The notes beneath the pieces are model-generated. The model searched no databases. It saw nothing but the letters and a program-made list of their open reading frames with translations, and was not told the DNA's origin. A program made the position numbers and the translations under genes. From an uncultured Bacteroidota bacterium (lineage in GTDB: Bacteria; Bacteroidota; Bacteroidia; JADZBD01), in the NCBI GenBank assembly GCA_937924855.1, contig CALEYQ010000001.1, positions 65,060 to 129,059 on the forward strand: DNA of 64,000 nt. The letters run 5' to 3'. Positions 41,814 through 53,525 of this stretch are shown here, one piece after another (positions within the stretch are counted from its first letter, which is position 1; every line of letters begins with the position of its first letter).

Positions 41814-42419
41814 TTACTTAGAGTACAATTCAACGATGAGTTGTTCCTTGATGTTTTCGGGGATCTGTGCGCGGAGCGGAACCGACACAAATTTTCCGGA
41901 AAGCGTTCCCTTGTCGAATTCAATCCAGGGGTAAGCGTTATGACTTCCGTGAACTGCATTTTGAATTACTTCCATGGATTTGGAGCGTTCCCGAACGGCC
42001 ACTTCATCACCGGGTTTTACGGTGTAGGAAGGAATGTTGATTACGTTTCCATTAACGGTAATGTGGCGATGACCTACCAGCTGGCGTGCGCCGTCGCGGG
42101 TAGGGGCAATGCCCATGCGGTAAACCACGTTGTCGAGACGCGATTCAAGCAGTTGAAGCAATACTTCCCCGGTGATACCCTTTTTGCGGGAAGCACGGTC
42201 GAAAGTAACGGCAAACTGGCGCTCCAGAATACCATATGTATATTTTGCCTTTTGTTTTTCCTGCAACTGAACAGCGTATTCCGATTGCTTGGCACGTTTT
42301 TTTGCCATCCCGTGCATTCCGGGAGGATAGTTTTTCTTTTCCAGCGCTTTGTCGGGCCCGAAGATGGGCTCCTTGAATTTTCTTGCGATTTTGGACTTGG
42401 GTCCTTTATATCTAGCCAT
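41814..42419 (-). CDS. rpsD: 30S ribosomal protein S4
   Basis: [15 protein letters not shown]… matches S4. 201 aa. Confidence 0.95.
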   Translation of the reverse strand: MARYKGPKSKIARKFKEPIFGPDKALEKKNYPPGMHGMAKKRAKQSEYAVQLQEKQKAKYTYGILERQFAVTFDRASRKKGITGEVLLQLLESRLDNVVYRMGIAPTRDGARQLVGHRHITVNGNVINIPSYTVKPGDEVAVRERSKSMEVIQNAVHGSHNAYPWIEFDKGTLSGKFVSVPLRAQIPENIKEQLIVELYSK

Positions 42420-42440
42420 TTCTATTTGTTTCCTTTAGGA

Positions 42441-42851
42441 TTAAACTCTTCTTTTCTTGGGCGGACGGCAGCCATTGTGCGGAATGGGTGTCTGATCCAC
42501 GATTTCGGTAATTTCAATACCTGCTGCAGCCAGGTTACGGATCGCACTTTCGCGACCGGCGCCGGGGCCTTTAACAAATACTTTTACCTTTCTTAGCCCT
42601 GCATCAAATGCGGCCTTACCACAATCGCTGGCAGCAAGCTGGGCAGCATACGGGGTGTTCTTTTTAGAACCCCGGAAGCCCATCTTACCGGCACTCGACC
42701 AGGCAATAACCTGTCCGTTAAGGTTGGTAAGTGAAATGATGATGTTGTTGAAAGTGGCATTGATGTGGGCCTGTCCTACAGCGTCCACTTTCACCACTCT
42801 TTTTTTGGCTTTCGCCGCTTTGGCGGCCTTTTCTGATTCCTGTTTTGCCAT
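42441..42851 (-). CDS. rpsK: 30S ribosomal protein S11
   Basis: …[30 protein letters not shown]… matches S11. Confidence 0.95.
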   Translation of the reverse strand: MAKQESEKAAKAAKAKKRVVKVDAVGQAHINATFNNIIISLTNLNGQVIAWSSAGKMGFRGSKKNTPYAAQLAASDCGKAAFDAGLRKVKVFVKGPGAGRESAIRNLAAAGIEITEIVDQTPIPHNGCRPPKKRRV

Positions 42852-42891
42852 TCTGTTGTTTACTTTGATCCGGCCCCTAAGGCCTTCGGGT

Positions 42892-43269
42892 TTACTTGGT
42901 TACTTTCTTCTTGTTTGCAACTGTCTTTTTCTTTCCTTTCCGCGTACGGGCATTGGTACGGGTGCGCTGTCCGCGCACGGGTAATCCCTGACGGTGACGG
43001 CCACCCCGGTAAGTTCCAACGTCAACCAAACGCTTAATGTTAAGCTGAACTTCAGAACGCAACGCTCCTTCAACCCTGAACTTATCAGTAATAATAGCTC
43101 TGATCTTAGTTACTTCTTCGTCGTTCCAGTCGTTCACCTTTTTGTCGGGGTTCACACCGGCCTCTTTCAAAATTTTACGGGCCGAGCTTCTGCCCAGACC
43201 AAAAATGTAGGTAAGGCCAATTTCGCCTCTTTTGTTTTTTGGTAAATCGATACCAGCAATCCTTGCCAT
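42892..43269 (-). CDS. rpsM: 30S ribosomal protein S13
   Basis: [14 protein letters not shown]… matches S13. Confidence 0.95.
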   Translation of the reverse strand: MARIAGIDLPKNKRGEIGLTYIFGLGRSSARKILKEAGVNPDKKVNDWNDEEVTKIRAIITDKFRVEGALRSEVQLNIKRLVDVGTYRGGRHRQGLPVRGQRTRTNARTRKGKKKTVANKKKVTK

Positions 43270-43296
43270 GTTAGCTTGTTGTTTTTATGCGTTGAA

Positions 43297-43413
43297 TTAT
43301 TTCTGACGCTGTTTAAACTTTGGGTTTTTCTTGTTAATGATATAAAGCCGCCCTTTCCTGCGTACTATTTTGCAGTCGGCACTTCTTTTCTTAATGGAGC
43401 TTCTGACTTTCAT
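43297..43413 (-). CDS. rpmJ: 50S ribosomal protein L36
   Basis: Found by manual translation of the gap between rpsM and infA: [38 protein letters not shown] (38 aa). Too short for the ORF track. Confidence 0.85.
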   Translation of the reverse strand: MKVRSSIKKRSADCKIVRRKGRLYIINKKNPKFKQRQK

Positions 43414-43424
43414 TTTCTGTTCGG

Positions 43425-43643
43425 TTATTTATATCTGAATATAATTCTTCCTTTGGTCAAATCATAGGGCGACATCTCCACGCGCACCTTATCGCCGGGA
43501 AGTATCCGGATGTAATGCATGCGCATCTTGCCTGAAATGTGGGCGGTTATAATATGCCCGTTTTCCAGCTCAACACGAAACATGGCATTCGATAATGCTT
43601 CCGTGATGGTTCCGTCCTGCTCTATGTTTGGCTGTTTTGCCAT
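43425..43643 (-). CDS. infA: Translation initiation factor IF-1
   Basis: 72 aa S1-like OB fold (…[25 protein letters not shown]…). Confidence 0.95.
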   Translation of the reverse strand: MAKQPNIEQDGTITEALSNAMFRVELENGHIITAHISGKMRMHYIRILPGDKVRVEMSPYDLTKGRIIFRYK

Positions 43644-43650
43644 TTATTTC

Positions 43651-44451
43651 TTATGCAATTTTTAAATTTCTTTTTCTGAGCACTTTTTCTATTTCCTCAA
43701 AGCTTGATAAAATATCGGCTTTGTTTTTCCTTACGGCCACCGTGTGCTCAAAGTGGGCGGAAGGTTTTTTGTCGGCGGTGGAAATGGTCCAGCCGTCGTT
43801 CCATTGTTTAACGCTTTTGGTTCCCAGGTTTATCATCGGCTCAATGGCTATTACCATGCCTTCTTTCAACTGAACTCCCGATCCCCGTTTTCCGTAATTG
43901 GGTACTTCGGGTTCTTCGTGAAGTTCTCTTCCCACTCCATGCCCCACAAGCTCCCTTACTACTCCAAATCCGAACTGCTCTACATGCGATTGAATGGCGT
44001 TTCCGATATCTCCGGTTCGTTTTCCGTCTACCGCCATTTCAATGCCCAGGTAAAGCGCTTCCCGGGTGCGGGTGAGTAAATCTGCTGTTTCCTCTGCCAC
44101 TTCCCCCACCATAAAGGTGTAGGCTGAGTCACCGAAGAAGCCGTTCATAATTACTCCGCAATCCACGGAGATAATATCACCCTCTTTCAATTCCTGCTTT
44201 CCCGGAATTCCGTGCACAATCTGGTCGTTTGGCGATATGCAAAGGGTTCCCGGAAATCCGTGGTATCCTTTGAAAGCCGGAACGCCGCCATGGTCACGGA
44301 TAAATTCTTCGGCCCTTTCATCCAGTTTCAGGGTTGTAATACCCGGATCGATGAGGCCGGCGATTTCCGCAAGCGTTTTTCCAACAAGTAAAGAACTAAT
44401 CCTGATCAGCTCTATTTCTTCATCTGTTTTCAGATAAAGTTTTTTTCCCAT
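43651..44451 (-). CDS. map: Methionine aminopeptidase, type I
   Basis: 266 aa. Metal-ligand motifs (…DIISVDCGV…GDSAYTF…HGVGRELHEEP…AIEPM…EHTV). Confidence 0.9.
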   Translation of the reverse strand: MGKKLYLKTDEEIELIRISSLLVGKTLAEIAGLIDPGITTLKLDERAEEFIRDHGGVPAFKGYHGFPGTLCISPNDQIVHGIPGKQELKEGDIISVDCGVIMNGFFGDSAYTFMVGEVAEETADLLTRTREALYLGIEMAVDGKRTGDIGNAIQSHVEQFGFGVVRELVGHGVGRELHEEPEVPNYGKRGSGVQLKEGMVIAIEPMINLGTKSVKQWNDGWTISTADKKPSAHFEHTVAVRKNKADILSSFEEIEKVLRKRNLKIA

Positions 44452-44455
44452 TTCA

Positions 44456-45793
44456 CTACATCGTTGTGGCCGAGGTCATACCAACCGACGAACGGCCTTT
44501 AATCCTTCCCGACTTCATCAGCCCATCGTAATGGCGCATCAGAAGATAACTTTCAACCTGCTGCAATGTATCCAGCACCACCCCTACAAGAATGAGCAAC
44601 GAGGTGCCCCCGTAAAAACGCGAGAATCCGGTACTCACACCCAGCCACAATTCGGCAATCGCAGGCAAAATGGCCACGAACGCCAGAAACATAGAGCCGG
44701 GTAGGGTGATTTTAGACATTACTTCATCAATATACTCAGCGGTTTTCTTACCCGGTTTAATACCCGGAATAAATCCACCGTTGCGTTTCATCTCTTCGGC
44801 CATCTGGGTGGGATTTACCATGATGGCGGTATAGAAATAGGTAAATACGATAATCAATACCGAGAAAGTAAAGTTGTATATGAACCCGGTATGGTTGGCA
44901 AAGGTGAGTACGAACCAATTGGCATCCTGGGTGGTGAACCCTGCAAACGTTATGGGGATGAACATTATGGCCTGGGCAAAAATGATAGGCATTACTCCCG
45001 CTGCATTTACTTTCAGGGGAATGTAGTTTCTTACGCCACCGTATTGCTTGTTTCCGACAATCTTTTTCGCAAACTGAACGGGTATTTTCCGGGTTCCCTG
45101 CACCAGCAGTATCGAAAGAATTACCACGAGCAGTAAAACCACCAACTCTACCAGAATCATGATCAAACCACCTCCTTTATTCATACGGGTGGCAAACTCC
45201 GTGATCCCTGCAAAGGGCAGATCGGCAATGATACCAATCATAATGAGCAGCGATATACCGTTACCTAAACCTTTGTCGGTGATTCGTTCTCCAAGCCACA
45301 TGATGAACATGGTTCCGGCCACCAGAATAATGGTAGTGGAGGTGAGCCACATTACCGAATCTTCCATACGGGCATTGGATGGAATTTGCGAAGCAATATA
45401 TCCGGGTGCCTGGAAAAGGGTAATAAGTACGGTCAGGAACCGGGTATACTGATTAATTTTCTTTCTTCCGCTTTCACCTTCCTTCTGAAGTTTTTGGAAA
45501 TAGGGGAGGGCCATCGTAAGCAGCTGGATAACGATAGAGGCAGAAATGTAAGGCATGATGCCCAGGGCAAAAATGGAGGCTTTTTCAAATGCACCTCCGG
45601 TAAACATATTAATGATGCTTACCAGACCTCCGGCATCCTGGCGGATATTGGCCAGCATATCGGAATCTACTCCGGGCAGAATGATGAAGGTTCCAAGACG
45701 GTAAACCAAAAGAAATAACAGGGTGTTTGTAATACGAACCCTGAGATCTTCAATCGACCATATGTCCCTCAGCTTATTAAAAAAACTTTTCAT
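44456..45793 (-). CDS. secY: Preprotein translocase subunit SecY
   Basis: 445 aa, 10 TM. SecY motifs (…ALGIMPYISASIVIQLL…). Confidence 0.95.
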   Translation of the reverse strand: MKSFFNKLRDIWSIEDLRVRITNTLLFLLVYRLGTFIILPGVDSDMLANIRQDAGGLVSIINMFTGGAFEKASIFALGIMPYISASIVIQLLTMALPYFQKLQKEGESGRKKINQYTRFLTVLITLFQAPGYIASQIPSNARMEDSVMWLTSTTIILVAGTMFIMWLGERITDKGLGNGISLLIMIGIIADLPFAGITEFATRMNKGGGLIMILVELVVLLLVVILSILLVQGTRKIPVQFAKKIVGNKQYGGVRNYIPLKVNAAGVMPIIFAQAIMFIPITFAGFTTQDANWFVLTFANHTGFIYNFTFSVLIIVFTYFYTAIMVNPTQMAEEMKRNGGFIPGIKPGKKTAEYIDEVMSKITLPGSMFLAFVAILPAIAELWLGVSTGFSRFYGGTSLLILVGVVLDTLQQVESYLLMRHYDGLMKSGRIKGRSSVGMTSATTM

Positions 45794-45813
45794 ATCGTTT
45801 TATTCAGGCAATG

Positions 45814-46275
45814 TTACTTGCCGATTAATTCGGTTTTTCCTCCTTTGTCTTCAATGGCTTTTTTTGCCGTGCCGGAAAAGGCATGCGCCTTTACTTCCAG
45901 TTTGGATTTTACTTCGCCGCGACCCAGGATCTTGATCAGATCTTTCTTTCTGGCCAATCCGTTTTCAATCAAAACCTCGGGCGTGATGGCCGTAAGTTTT
46001 TTGGCTTCGGAAAGTTTCTGGATTACATCCAGATTAATACCGTTGTATTCAACGCGGAAAGGGTTTTTAAATCCGAACTTCGGAATTCTACGCTGCAAAG
46101 GCATCTGGCCTCCTTCGTGTCCGAACTTGGCGGAAAAACCGGAGCGTGATTGTGCTCCTTTGTGTCCGCGTGCGGATGTGCCGCCTTTGCCCGAACCTTG
46201 TCCGCGGCCGAGTCTTTTCTTTTGATTTTTTGTGCTGCCCTTGGCAGGTCTAAGTGTGCTCAGTTTCATGGTCAT
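45814..46275 (-). CDS. rplO: 50S ribosomal protein L15
   Basis: MKLSTLRPAKGSTKNQKKRLGRGQGSGKGGTS… matches L15. Confidence 0.9.
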   Translation of the reverse strand: MTMKLSTLRPAKGSTKNQKKRLGRGQGSGKGGTSARGHKGAQSRSGFSAKFGHEGGQMPLQRRIPKFGFKNPFRVEYNGINLDVIQKLSEAKKLTAITPEVLIENGLARKKDLIKILGRGEVKSKLEVKAHAFSGTAKKAIEDKGGKTELIGK

Positions 46276-46285
46276 CCTCGCTTAA

Positions 46286-46462
46286 TTACTTTTGTATTTC
46301 AACCAGATGTTGAACTTTTTTTACCATTCCAAGAACCTGGGGAGTAGCTTCAATTTCCACTACCTGGTTCAGTTTTTTAAAACCCAGGGCTTCGATGGTG
46401 CGTTTTTGCCTCACCGGCCGGTCGATCCCGCTTTTTACAAGCTTTAGTTTAATCTTCGCCAT
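46286..46462 (-). CDS. rpmD: 50S ribosomal protein L30
   Basis: MAKIKLKLVKSGIDRPVRQKRTIEALGF… 58 aa. Start taken at the internal Met of the ORF-track entry 46286-46495. Confidence 0.8.
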   Translation of the reverse strand: MAKIKLKLVKSGIDRPVRQKRTIEALGFKKLNQVVEIEATPQVLGMVKKVQHLVEIQK

Positions 46463-46472
46463 GGTATTTATT

Positions 46473-46994
46473 TTATCCGTTATAAACTTGTTCAATGGAA
46501 ACGCCTCTGTGCCGTGCTACGGTATAGGCATCGCGCAATTTGGTCAGGGCATCGATGGTGGCTTTTACCACGTTGTGCGGGTTGGAAGAACCCTGCGACT
46601 TGGCAAGTACATCCGTAACCCCTACCGATTCAAGTACTGAGCGCATGGCACCACCGGCGATTACTCCGGTTCCGTGCGAAGCAGGCTTCAGATAAATCCG
46701 CGATCCGCCGAATTTGCCATATTGGGCGTGAGGGATGGTGCCTTTAAAAATGGGAACCTTAATCAGGTTCTTCTTGGCATCTTCAATACCCTTGGTGATG
46801 GCATCGGTTACTTCCTTTGCTTTTCCCAAACCGTAACCTACAACACCTTTTTCGTTTCCAACCACAACAATGGCTGAAAAGCTGAATGTTCTTCCGCCCT
46901 TGGTTACTTTGGTTACGCGTTGAACTCCGACCAATTTGTCTTTGAGTTCAATTTCACTTGATTTTACCCTTTTAATATTGCTTGATTTCTCCAT
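46473..46994 (-). CDS. rpsE: 30S ribosomal protein S5
   Basis: …[24 protein letters not shown]… matches S5. Confidence 0.95.
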   Translation of the reverse strand: MEKSSNIKRVKSSEIELKDKLVGVQRVTKVTKGGRTFSFSAIVVVGNEKGVVGYGLGKAKEVTDAITKGIEDAKKNLIKVPIFKGTIPHAQYGKFGGSRIYLKPASHGTGVIAGGAMRSVLESVGVTDVLAKSQGSSNPHNVVKATIDALTKLRDAYTVARHRGVSIEQVYNG

Positions 46995-47013
46995 GTTATA
47001 ATGAGTTCAGTAT

Positions 47014-47370
47014 TTAAAATTTAAGGCCTGCTTCGCGTGCTGCATCGGCAAGCGCTTTAACGCGACCGTGATACAGGTATCCGTTCCGGTCGAAACGAAC
47101 GGTGGATATTCCTTTGGAAATCGCAATTTCTGCAATTGCCTTTCCCACTTTTTTCGCCTGTTCGGTTTTGTTTTCCTTGCCGGCTTTTTGGTTTTTTTTG
47201 AATGAGCCTGCAGCGCAGATGGTTTTTCCCTGAAGGTCATCAACCAACTGGGCGTATATCTGTTTGTTGCTGCGGAATACAGTAAGCCGGGGTGACTGTG
47301 CATCGCCGCTTACAACTTTCCGGATTCTCATCTTGATCCGGTTCCTTCTATATGATTTGGTAATTGCCAT
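47014..47370 (-). CDS. rplR: 50S ribosomal protein L18
   Basis: …[19 protein letters not shown]… matches L18. Confidence 0.9.
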   Translation of the reverse strand: MAITKSYRRNRIKMRIRKVVSGDAQSPRLTVFRSNKQIYAQLVDDLQGKTICAAGSFKKNQKAGKENKTEQAKKVGKAIAEIAISKGISTVRFDRNGYLYHGRVKALADAAREAGLKF

Positions 47371-47392
47371 TGTTATAATTTTTTCAGGTTAA

Positions 47393-47947
47393 TTATTTAC
47401 CTGCCGCTTTTCCGGCTTTTCTGCGTAATACTTCATTGGTAAACTTGATACCTTTTCCTTTGTATGGTTCAGGCTTTCTGAGGGAACGGATTTTTGCCGC
47501 CACCAGTCCGATAAGTTGTTTGTCGGCACATTCCATCAGAATGGTCGGGTTCTTACCTTTTTCCTGCATGGTGCTTACCTTAATTTCTTTGGGAAGTTCC
47601 ATGGCCACGTTGTGCGAGTAACCCAGCGTAAGTTCCAGCAACTGACCCTTAACGGCAGCACGATATCCTACCCCTACCAGTTCCTGAGACGTTTTGTATC
47701 CTTCGGATACACCTACAACCATGTTCTGAATGAGTGAGCGGTACATGCCGTGCATGGCTTTGTGACGCTTTTGCTCGGTGGCTCTTTCAAGAACAAGTTC
47801 CTTATCGGCAATCTTAATTTTGATGGCGCTATCTACAGGCTGGGTTAGTGTACCAAGCTTTCCTTTCACCGTTACCAGGTTTTTGTCGGAGACCGAAATT
47901 TCTACTCCGGAAGGGATTTCTATAGGTTTTTTACCAATTCGTGACAT
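47393..47947 (-). CDS. rplF: 50S ribosomal protein L6
   Basis: MSRIGKKPIEIPSGVEISV… matches L6. Confidence 0.95.
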   Translation of the reverse strand: MSRIGKKPIEIPSGVEISVSDKNLVTVKGKLGTLTQPVDSAIKIKIADKELVLERATEQKRHKAMHGMYRSLIQNMVVGVSEGYKTSQELVGVGYRAAVKGQLLELTLGYSHNVAMELPKEIKVSTMQEKGKNPTILMECADKQLIGLVAAKIRSLRKPEPYKGKGIKFTNEVLRRKAGKAAGK

Positions 47948-47959
47948 TGCTTCTGGGTA

Positions 47960-48355
47960 TTAATAAACGTAACACAATATTTCTCCACCCACATTTTCCT
48001 TGCGGGCTTCTTTATCGGTCATTACTCCCTTTGAAGTGGAGATAATGGCAATTCCCAGTCCGTTCAATACACGGGGCAGGGAAGTGGATCCGGTATATTT
48101 ACGCAAGCCGGGCGATGAAATGCGCTGCAGTTTGCGAATAGCCGATTCACGGGTCTGGGGGTGGTATTTAAGGGCTATTTTAATATTGCCCTGGGGACCC
48201 ACATTCTCAAATTTATAATTGAGGATGTACCCTTTTTCGTGAAGGATTTTAGTCATGGCCTTTTTCAGGTTGGAGGCGGGAATTTCTACCACCTGATGAT
48301 TGGCTTTAATTGCATTCCTGAGACGGGTCAGGTAATCTGAAATTGGATCTGTCAT
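47960..48355 (-). CDS. rpsH: 30S ribosomal protein S8
   Basis: [15 protein letters not shown]… matches S8. Confidence 0.95.
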   Translation of the reverse strand: MTDPISDYLTRLRNAIKANHQVVEIPASNLKKAMTKILHEKGYILNYKFENVGPQGNIKIALKYHPQTRESAIRKLQRISSPGLRKYTGSTSLPRVLNGLGIAIISTSKGVMTDKEARKENVGGEILCYVY

Positions 48356-48409
48356 TTTTTTGTTTTTAATATCTTATCCCGCGTACAGGATAATTATACT
48401 TAGTTTTTT

Positions 48410-48679
48410 TTACCAGCTGGCTTTAGTTACTCCGGGGATTTTTCCCATGAGGGCCATTTCACGGAACATGTTCCGGCAAAGGCCGAACTGACGGATATAA
48501 CCTCTGGGCCTTCCGGTTAATTTGCAGCGGTTGCGCATTCTTACCGGAGATGAATTCCGGGGCAGTTTGCTCAGACCGATATAATCGCCGGCGGCTTTCA
48601 GCTCTTCTCTTTTCTTTTCGTATTTGGCAACAAGTTTGGCTCTTTTAACCTCCCTTGCTTTCATTGATTCTTTAGCCAT
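48410..48679 (-). CDS. rpsN: 30S ribosomal protein S14
   Basis: [16 protein letters not shown]…LCRNMFRE… matches S14. Confidence 0.9.
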   Translation of the reverse strand: MAKESMKAREVKRAKLVAKYEKKREELKAAGDYIGLSKLPRNSSPVRMRNRCKLTGRPRGYIRQFGLCRNMFREMALMGKIPGVTKASW

Positions 48680-48697
48680 TTATCTGCTTTGGTTTTA

Positions 48698-49264
48698 TTA
48701 TTTTTTTAAATTTTTGAAGGGCATTCCGAATTCACGTAGGAGTGCAAAAGCTTCTTCGTCGTTGTCGGCTGAGGTAACAAAAGTGATATCCATTCCCAGA
48801 ATCTTGTTCACCTTATCGATGTTGATTTCAGGGAAAATAATCTGTTCGGTTACGCCCAGGGTATAGTTGCCGTTTCCGTCGAAACCTTTTTCGCTGATAC
48901 CGCGGAAGTCACGGATACGTGGCAGGGCCGCAGAGATCAAACGATCGAGGAATTCGTACATCATGGTTCCGCGCAGGGTAACTTTAACACCGATGGGAAC
49001 CCCTTTTCTCAGTTTGAAGTTCGAAATATCCTTTTTCGAAATGGTAGCAACGGCTTTCTGACCGGTAATGGCCGAAAGTTCCTGAATGGCACCATCGATT
49101 AATTTTTTGTCGGTAACCGCATCACCGATTCCCTGGTTGATACAGATTTTTTCAAGTTTGGGAACCTGCATGGGTGAGGAATATTGAAATTCCTGCTTCA
49201 ATGCGGGCATTACCTTGTTCAGGTAATGATCTTTCAGTCTGGGTTTGATAACAGTTGTTGCCAT
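48698..49264 (-). CDS. rplE: 50S ribosomal protein L5
   Basis: …[15 protein letters not shown]…ITGQKAV… matches L5. Confidence 0.9.
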   Translation of the reverse strand: MATTVIKPRLKDHYLNKVMPALKQEFQYSSPMQVPKLEKICINQGIGDAVTDKKLIDGAIQELSAITGQKAVATISKKDISNFKLRKGVPIGVKVTLRGTMMYEFLDRLISAALPRIRDFRGISEKGFDGNGNYTLGVTEQIIFPEINIDKVNKILGMDITFVTSADNDEEAFALLREFGMPFKNLKK

Positions 49265-49587
49265 TATTTAATTACCTCCTTTGACTTTTTGGAAATGCGA
49301 ACCAGTTTTCCGGTTTTTTCATCCAGGGTTCTGCCTACGCGTGTTGGGTTTCCGGCAGCATCGAGTAATGCCAGGTTGGAAACATTCACGGGAGCTTCTT
49401 TTTTTACGATGCCGCCCTGAGGGTTTTTAGAGTTGGGTTTGGTGTGGCGGGAAACAAGGTTAATGCCTTCCACCAGTGCCGTGCCCTTCTTAAGGTCCAT
49501 GAAAATCACTTTCCCTTTCTTTCCTTTATAGTTGCCGGAAAGAACCTGAACCTGATCGCCTTTTTTGATTTTATATTTTGGTTTCAT
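49264..49587 (-). CDS. rplX: 50S ribosomal protein L24
   Basis: [27 protein letters not shown]… KOW motif of L24. Confidence 0.9.
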   Translation of the reverse strand: MKPKYKIKKGDQVQVLSGNYKGKKGKVIFMDLKKGTALVEGINLVSRHTKPNSKNPQGGIVKKEAPVNVSNLALLDAAGNPTRVGRTLDEKTGKLVRISKKSKEVIK

Positions 49588-49605
49588 TTTCTGGTTTGTT
49601 AAAAA

Positions 49606-49974
49606 TTAAAGTACTTCCGGAGCCAGTGAAACAATCTTCATGTATTGTTTTTCCCGAAGTTCCCGTGCAACGGGACCGAAAATACGCGTGCCTCTGAGTT
49701 CGTCCTGGGCATTCAGCAATACAATAGCGTTATCATCGAAGCGGATATAGGATCCGTCGGCGCGTTTAATTTCTTTTTTGGTTCGTACCACCACAGCCTT
49801 GGAAATAGAACCTTTTTTTACGCCACCTGAAGGAAGGGCGTTCTTAATGGTAACTACAATGGTATCGCCAATGGAGGCATATCTCCTGCGGGTACCACCG
49901 AGTACGCGGATGCAAAGTGCTTCTTTCGCACCGCTGTTGTCGGCTACAACCAATCTGGATTCCTGCTGTATCAT
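49606..49974 (-). CDS. rplN: 50S ribosomal protein L14
   Basis: [18 protein letters not shown]… matches L14. Confidence 0.95.
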   Translation of the reverse strand: MIQQESRLVVADNSGAKEALCIRVLGGTRRRYASIGDTIVVTIKNALPSGGVKKGSISKAVVVRTKKEIKRADGSYIRFDDNAIVLLNAQDELRGTRIFGPVARELREKQYMKIVSLAPEVL

Positions 49975-49997
49975 TTGTCTATGAGGATTTTAAAATA

Positions 49998-50252
49998 TTA
50001 TTTAGCTTTTTCCACAATTTCTACCAGGCGCCACCTTTTGTTTTTACTCAAAGGGCGTGTTTCCATGATGGTCACGGTATCACCAATGCCCGACTCATTT
50101 TTTTCATCGTGAGCCATAAACGTAGAGGTCCGTTTAACGAACTTTCCGTATTTGGGATGCTTTACCTTTCTTTCTACGGAAACAACAATGGTTTTATTCA
50201 TTTTGTTGCTGGTAACGATTCCCGTTTTTTCTTTTCTTCTTTTCCTTTCCAT
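49998..50252 (-). CDS. rpsQ: 30S ribosomal protein S17
   Basis: …[27 protein letters not shown]… matches S17. Confidence 0.9.
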   Translation of the reverse strand: MERKRRKEKTGIVTSNKMNKTIVVSVERKVKHPKYGKFVKRTSTFMAHDEKNESGIGDTVTIMETRPLSKNKRWRLVEIVEKAK

Positions 50253-50257
50253 GGATG

Positions 50258-50467
50258 TTATGCCTTGGTTTCTTGTTCTTTAATCTCTCTTGCCCTGAGT
50301 TCTGTTGCCAGGCGGGCAATGAATTTCCTGGCGTCTCTCAATTTGATCGGGTTATCGATCGGAGAAACGGAATGATTGGCGCTTAACCTGTCCAGGTTTT
50401 CTTTTTCCTGGATTAATTTATCTTTCAGGTCGCTGGTGGATAGATCCTTTATATCTTTTGCTTTCAT
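50258..50467 (-). CDS. rpmC: 50S ribosomal protein L29
   Basis: [18 protein letters not shown]… matches L29. Confidence 0.85.
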   Translation of the reverse strand: MKAKDIKDLSTSDLKDKLIQEKENLDRLSANHSVSPIDNPIKLRDARKFIARLATELRAREIKEQETKA

Positions 50468-50476
50468 AGCCTGTTA

Positions 50477-50908
50477 TTAAGCAGTTTTTTCTTCAACATA
50501 ATCTCTGCGCACGACAAACTTTACCGGAATGGGAAGTTTTTGTGCCGCCAGTCGAAGGGCTTCCTTGGCAACAGCCAATGGCACTCCTTCTGCTTCGATG
50601 AGCATTCTTCCGGGTTTCACAACGGCTACCCAGTATTCAGGGGCTCCTTTTCCTTTACCCATCCTCACCTCGGCCGGCTTTTTGGTAATTGGTTTATCCG
50701 GAAACACGCGAATCCATACTTGTCCCTCACGCTTCATGAAACGGGTAATAGCTACCCTGGCTGCTTCAATCTGACGTGCGGTTACCCAGGAGGTTTTGAG
50801 GGCCTTGATTCCGAAGGAACCGAAAGCAAGCTCAGCACCTCTCTTGGTGTTCCCTTTGGGAACCATCTTGTGCATTTTCCTGTACTTTGTTCGTTTGGGC
50901 TGTAACAT
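50477..50908 (-). CDS. rplP: 50S ribosomal protein L16
   Basis: [14 protein letters not shown]… matches L16. Confidence 0.95.
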   Translation of the reverse strand: MLQPKRTKYRKMHKMVPKGNTKRGAELAFGSFGIKALKTSWVTARQIEAARVAITRFMKREGQVWIRVFPDKPITKKPAEVRMGKGKGAPEYWVAVVKPGRMLIEAEGVPLAVAKEALRLAAQKLPIPVKFVVRRDYVEEKTA

Positions 50909-50936
50909 TTTTAATCTATATTATCCGGTCAAACAA

Positions 50937-51668
50937 TTAGTCTTTTTTCTTGCGTTGCTTGGAGAAACCGCCTTTAGGTTGTGTAGGGGCTTTTTTCTCG
51001 TTGGCATTTCCAATATTGGGCGATAAGTCGCGCTTTCCGAAAACTTCGCCACGGCAAATCCAGCACTTAACGCCAATGCGTCCGTATGTGGTATGGGCTT
51101 CAGCTACGGCATAATCGATATCGGCCCGGAAGGTGTGAAGAGGTACTCTTCCTTCCTTGTATTCTTCCATACGGGCAATCTCTGCACCTGCCAATCGTCC
51201 GGAAACACGAATCTTAATTCCTTCGGCACCCATACGCATGGTGCTGGCTACCGACATTTTCATGGCACGCTTGAAAGAAATTCTTCCTTCAATCTGACGG
51301 GCAATGCTATCGGCCACGAGACGGGCGTCGAGCTCAGGTCTTTTGATTTCAAAGATGTTGATCTGAACTTCTTTCTTGGTGAACTTCTTCAGCTCTTCCT
51401 TGATTTTGTCAACTTCCTTTCCGCCTTTACCAATGATAATTCCCGGCCGCGCAGTGTGGATGGTAAGCGTGGTAAGGGGTTTATTGGTTCCGGTTCTTTC
51501 GATTACAATTTTGGAAATGCTTCCCTTGGGAAGACGTGCCTTAATGTAATTGCGGATTTTTTCGTCCTCAACCAGTTTGTCGGAATAATTTCTTCCTCCA
51601 AACCAGTTGGAGTCCCATCCTTTAATTATTCCCAAACGATTCCCAATGGGGTTAGCTTTTTGTCCCAT
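50937..51668 (-). CDS. rpsC: 30S ribosomal protein S3
   Basis: [14 protein letters not shown]… KH domain, matches S3. Confidence 0.95.
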   Translation of the reverse strand: MGQKANPIGNRLGIIKGWDSNWFGGRNYSDKLVEDEKIRNYIKARLPKGSISKIVIERTGTNKPLTTLTIHTARPGIIIGKGGKEVDKIKEELKKFTKKEVQINIFEIKRPELDARLVADSIARQIEGRISFKRAMKMSVASTMRMGAEGIKIRVSGRLAGAEIARMEEYKEGRVPLHTFRADIDYAVAEAHTTYGRIGVKCWICRGEVFGKRDLSPNIGNANEKKAPTQPKGGFSKQRKKKD

Positions 51669-51672
51669 ACTA

Positions 51673-52080
51673 TTATTCTTTTTCTGAAGTTTCTACTGTG
51701 TCTACAAACAAGGTTACATGATTCGAGCGCTTCCGGATCCTGTGGGCTCTTCCCTGAGGAGCTGTGCGAAGGCGCTTTAAAATGAAGCCACCGTCGACCT
51801 GAATTTTTGTGATTACAAGGTTTCCGGTATCAGCACGGTTTCCTGATTTTGCTTCGTAGTTGGCAATGGCCGAGCTAAGAAGTTTTTCAAGACGGCCTGC
51901 GGCTTCTTTCTTGGTGAACTTTAAAATTCCCAGTGCTTTATGAACTTCCTGTCCGCGGATCAGATCGGCCACCAAACGCATTTTTGTAGGCGAAGTGGGG
52001 CAATTTCTGAGGATTGCGTAGTAGTTAGTTTTTCTTTTCTCTTTCAGCTTTTCAGCCATTTCTTTTTTTCTGGACGACAT
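51673..52080 (-). CDS. rplV: 50S ribosomal protein L22
   Basis: …[22 protein letters not shown]… matches L22. Confidence 0.9.
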   Translation of the reverse strand: MSSRKKEMAEKLKEKRKTNYYAILRNCPTSPTKMRLVADLIRGQEVHKALGILKFTKKEAAGRLEKLLSSAIANYEAKSGNRADTGNLVITKIQVDGGFILKRLRTAPQGRAHRIRKRSNHVTLFVDTVETSEKE

Positions 52081-52101
52081 TTTCCCAAAAATTTAAATTA
52101 G

Positions 52102-52386
52102 TTAAGCGGCTCCTGATACCTTGTTTTTATTTCCTGAGTGGCCTCTGAAAACACGGGTGGGAGCGAATTCTCCCAATTTGTGTCCAACCATGTTTTCAGT
52201 AACATACACGGGAATAAATTTGTTGCCATTGTGCACGGCAAGAGTAAGTCCCACAAACTCGGGGGAAATTACCGACCGGCGCGACCAGGTTTTGATAACC
52301 TGTTTTTTGCCGGATGCCTGCATTTTGCTCACTTTATCCATAAGGTGAGCGTCGATGAATGGTCCTTTTTTAAGTGATCTAGCCAT
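52102..52386 (-). CDS. rpsS: 30S ribosomal protein S19
   Basis: [12 protein letters not shown]… matches S19. Confidence 0.95.
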   Translation of the reverse strand: MARSLKKGPFIDAHLMDKVSKMQASGKKQVIKTWSRRSVISPEFVGLTLAVHNGNKFIPVYVTENMVGHKLGEFAPTRVFRGHSGNKNKVSGAA

Positions 52387-52388
52387 TT

Positions 52389-53222
52389 TTATTTATTTCT
52401 TTTCTTTTTTCTTTCCAGGATATAGCGGTTCGATGCTTTCTTCTTGTAGCGGGTTTTCAGGCCTTTTGCCTTCAGTCCTTTTCTTGACCTTGGGTGACCT
52501 CCGCTGGCCCTTCCTTCACCACCGCCCATTGGGTGATCAACCGGATTCATGGCCACACCTCTGTTGCGGGGCCTTCTTCCAAGCCATCTTCTGCGACCGG
52601 CTTTTCCGTGAACTTCAAGGTTGTTATCGGGGTTGGATACGGAACCAATAGTTGCCATGCAGGTGGTAAGAATCATGCGAAGTTCACCGGAAGGCATTCT
52701 CAGCACCGCGAATTTTCCTTCACGGGCAGTAAGCTGTGCATAAGAACCGGCACTGCGGGCAAGAACACCTCCCTGACCGGGACGCAGTTCAATGTTGTGA
52801 ACCAGGGTTCCCAATGGAACATCCTTCAGGCTCATGCAGTTTCCAACATCCGGAGTTGCTTTACCCCCCGAAATGATGGTTTGTCCAACCTCAATTCCGG
52901 CAGGAGCAATGATGTATCGCTTTTCTCCATCTTTATAATGAACCAAAGCAATAAATGCCGAGCGGTTAGGGTCGTACTCAACGGTTTTAACAACACCGGG
53001 TATATCGAACTTGTTTCTTTTGAAGTCGATAACACGGTAGCGCTTTTTATGACCGCCGCCGATGTAGCGCATGGTCATTTTTCCGGAACTGTTTCTTCCG
53101 CCGCTTCTTTTGATCGGTTTCAATAAACTCTTTTCAGGGCTATCGGTAGTAAGCTCAGCATAGCTGTTGGCGAGCTTAAATCGGCTAGCGGGGGAAAGAG
53201 GTCTGAATTTTCGTAGTGCCAT
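52389..53222 (-). CDS. rplB: 50S ribosomal protein L2
   Basis: [14 protein letters not shown]…GGGHKKRYR… matches L2. Confidence 0.95.
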   Translation of the reverse strand: MALRKFRPLSPASRFKLANSYAELTTDSPEKSLLKPIKRSGGRNSSGKMTMRYIGGGHKKRYRVIDFKRNKFDIPGVVKTVEYDPNRSAFIALVHYKDGEKRYIIAPAGIEVGQTIISGGKATPDVGNCMSLKDVPLGTLVHNIELRPGQGGVLARSAGSYAQLTAREGKFAVLRMPSGELRMILTTCMATIGSVSNPDNNLEVHGKAGRRRWLGRRPRNRGVAMNPVDHPMGGGEGRASGGHPRSRKGLKAKGLKTRYKKKASNRYILERKKKRNK

Positions 53223-53233
53223 TTTCTATTCTG

Positions 53234-53524
53234 TTAGATACTGCTGAAAAAATCTATGGTTTCGCCCTTCTTCAGGGTAACAATTGCTTTTTTGTGCCTT
53301 TTAACGCGTCCGAAAACCACACCGCCGCGGGTGTTACGGGATTTGATTTTTCCGTTGGCGTTCATCGTGTTTACTGCGGTAACGTTTACACCGTAAGCCT
53401 TTTCAACCGCATTCTTAATCTGGATCTTGTTGGCTTTACTGTGCACGATAAAGGCATAGTTTCCGAGTTTTTCACTCAGGCCCGTCATTTTTTCGGTAAT
53501 TACCGGTTTGATTAAAATCCCCAT
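53234..53524 (-). CDS. rplW: 50S ribosomal protein L23
   Basis: MGILIKPVITEK… matches L23. Confidence 0.9.
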   Translation of the reverse strand: MGILIKPVITEKMTGLSEKLGNYAFIVHSKANKIQIKNAVEKAYGVNVTAVNTMNANGKIKSRNTRGGVVFGRVKRHKKAIVTLKKGETIDFFSSI

Positions 53525-53525
53525 T

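Noticed and set aside
52494-53126. 210-aa plus-strand ORF antisense to rplB, with similar antisense ORFs in rpsC (51093-51785), rplC (54306-54794), rpsD (41706-42596), fusA and EttA
   Set aside because: Embedded antisense to highly conserved ribosomal/translation genes. Low-complexity Gly/Ser/Thr-rich translations typical of spurious ORFs.
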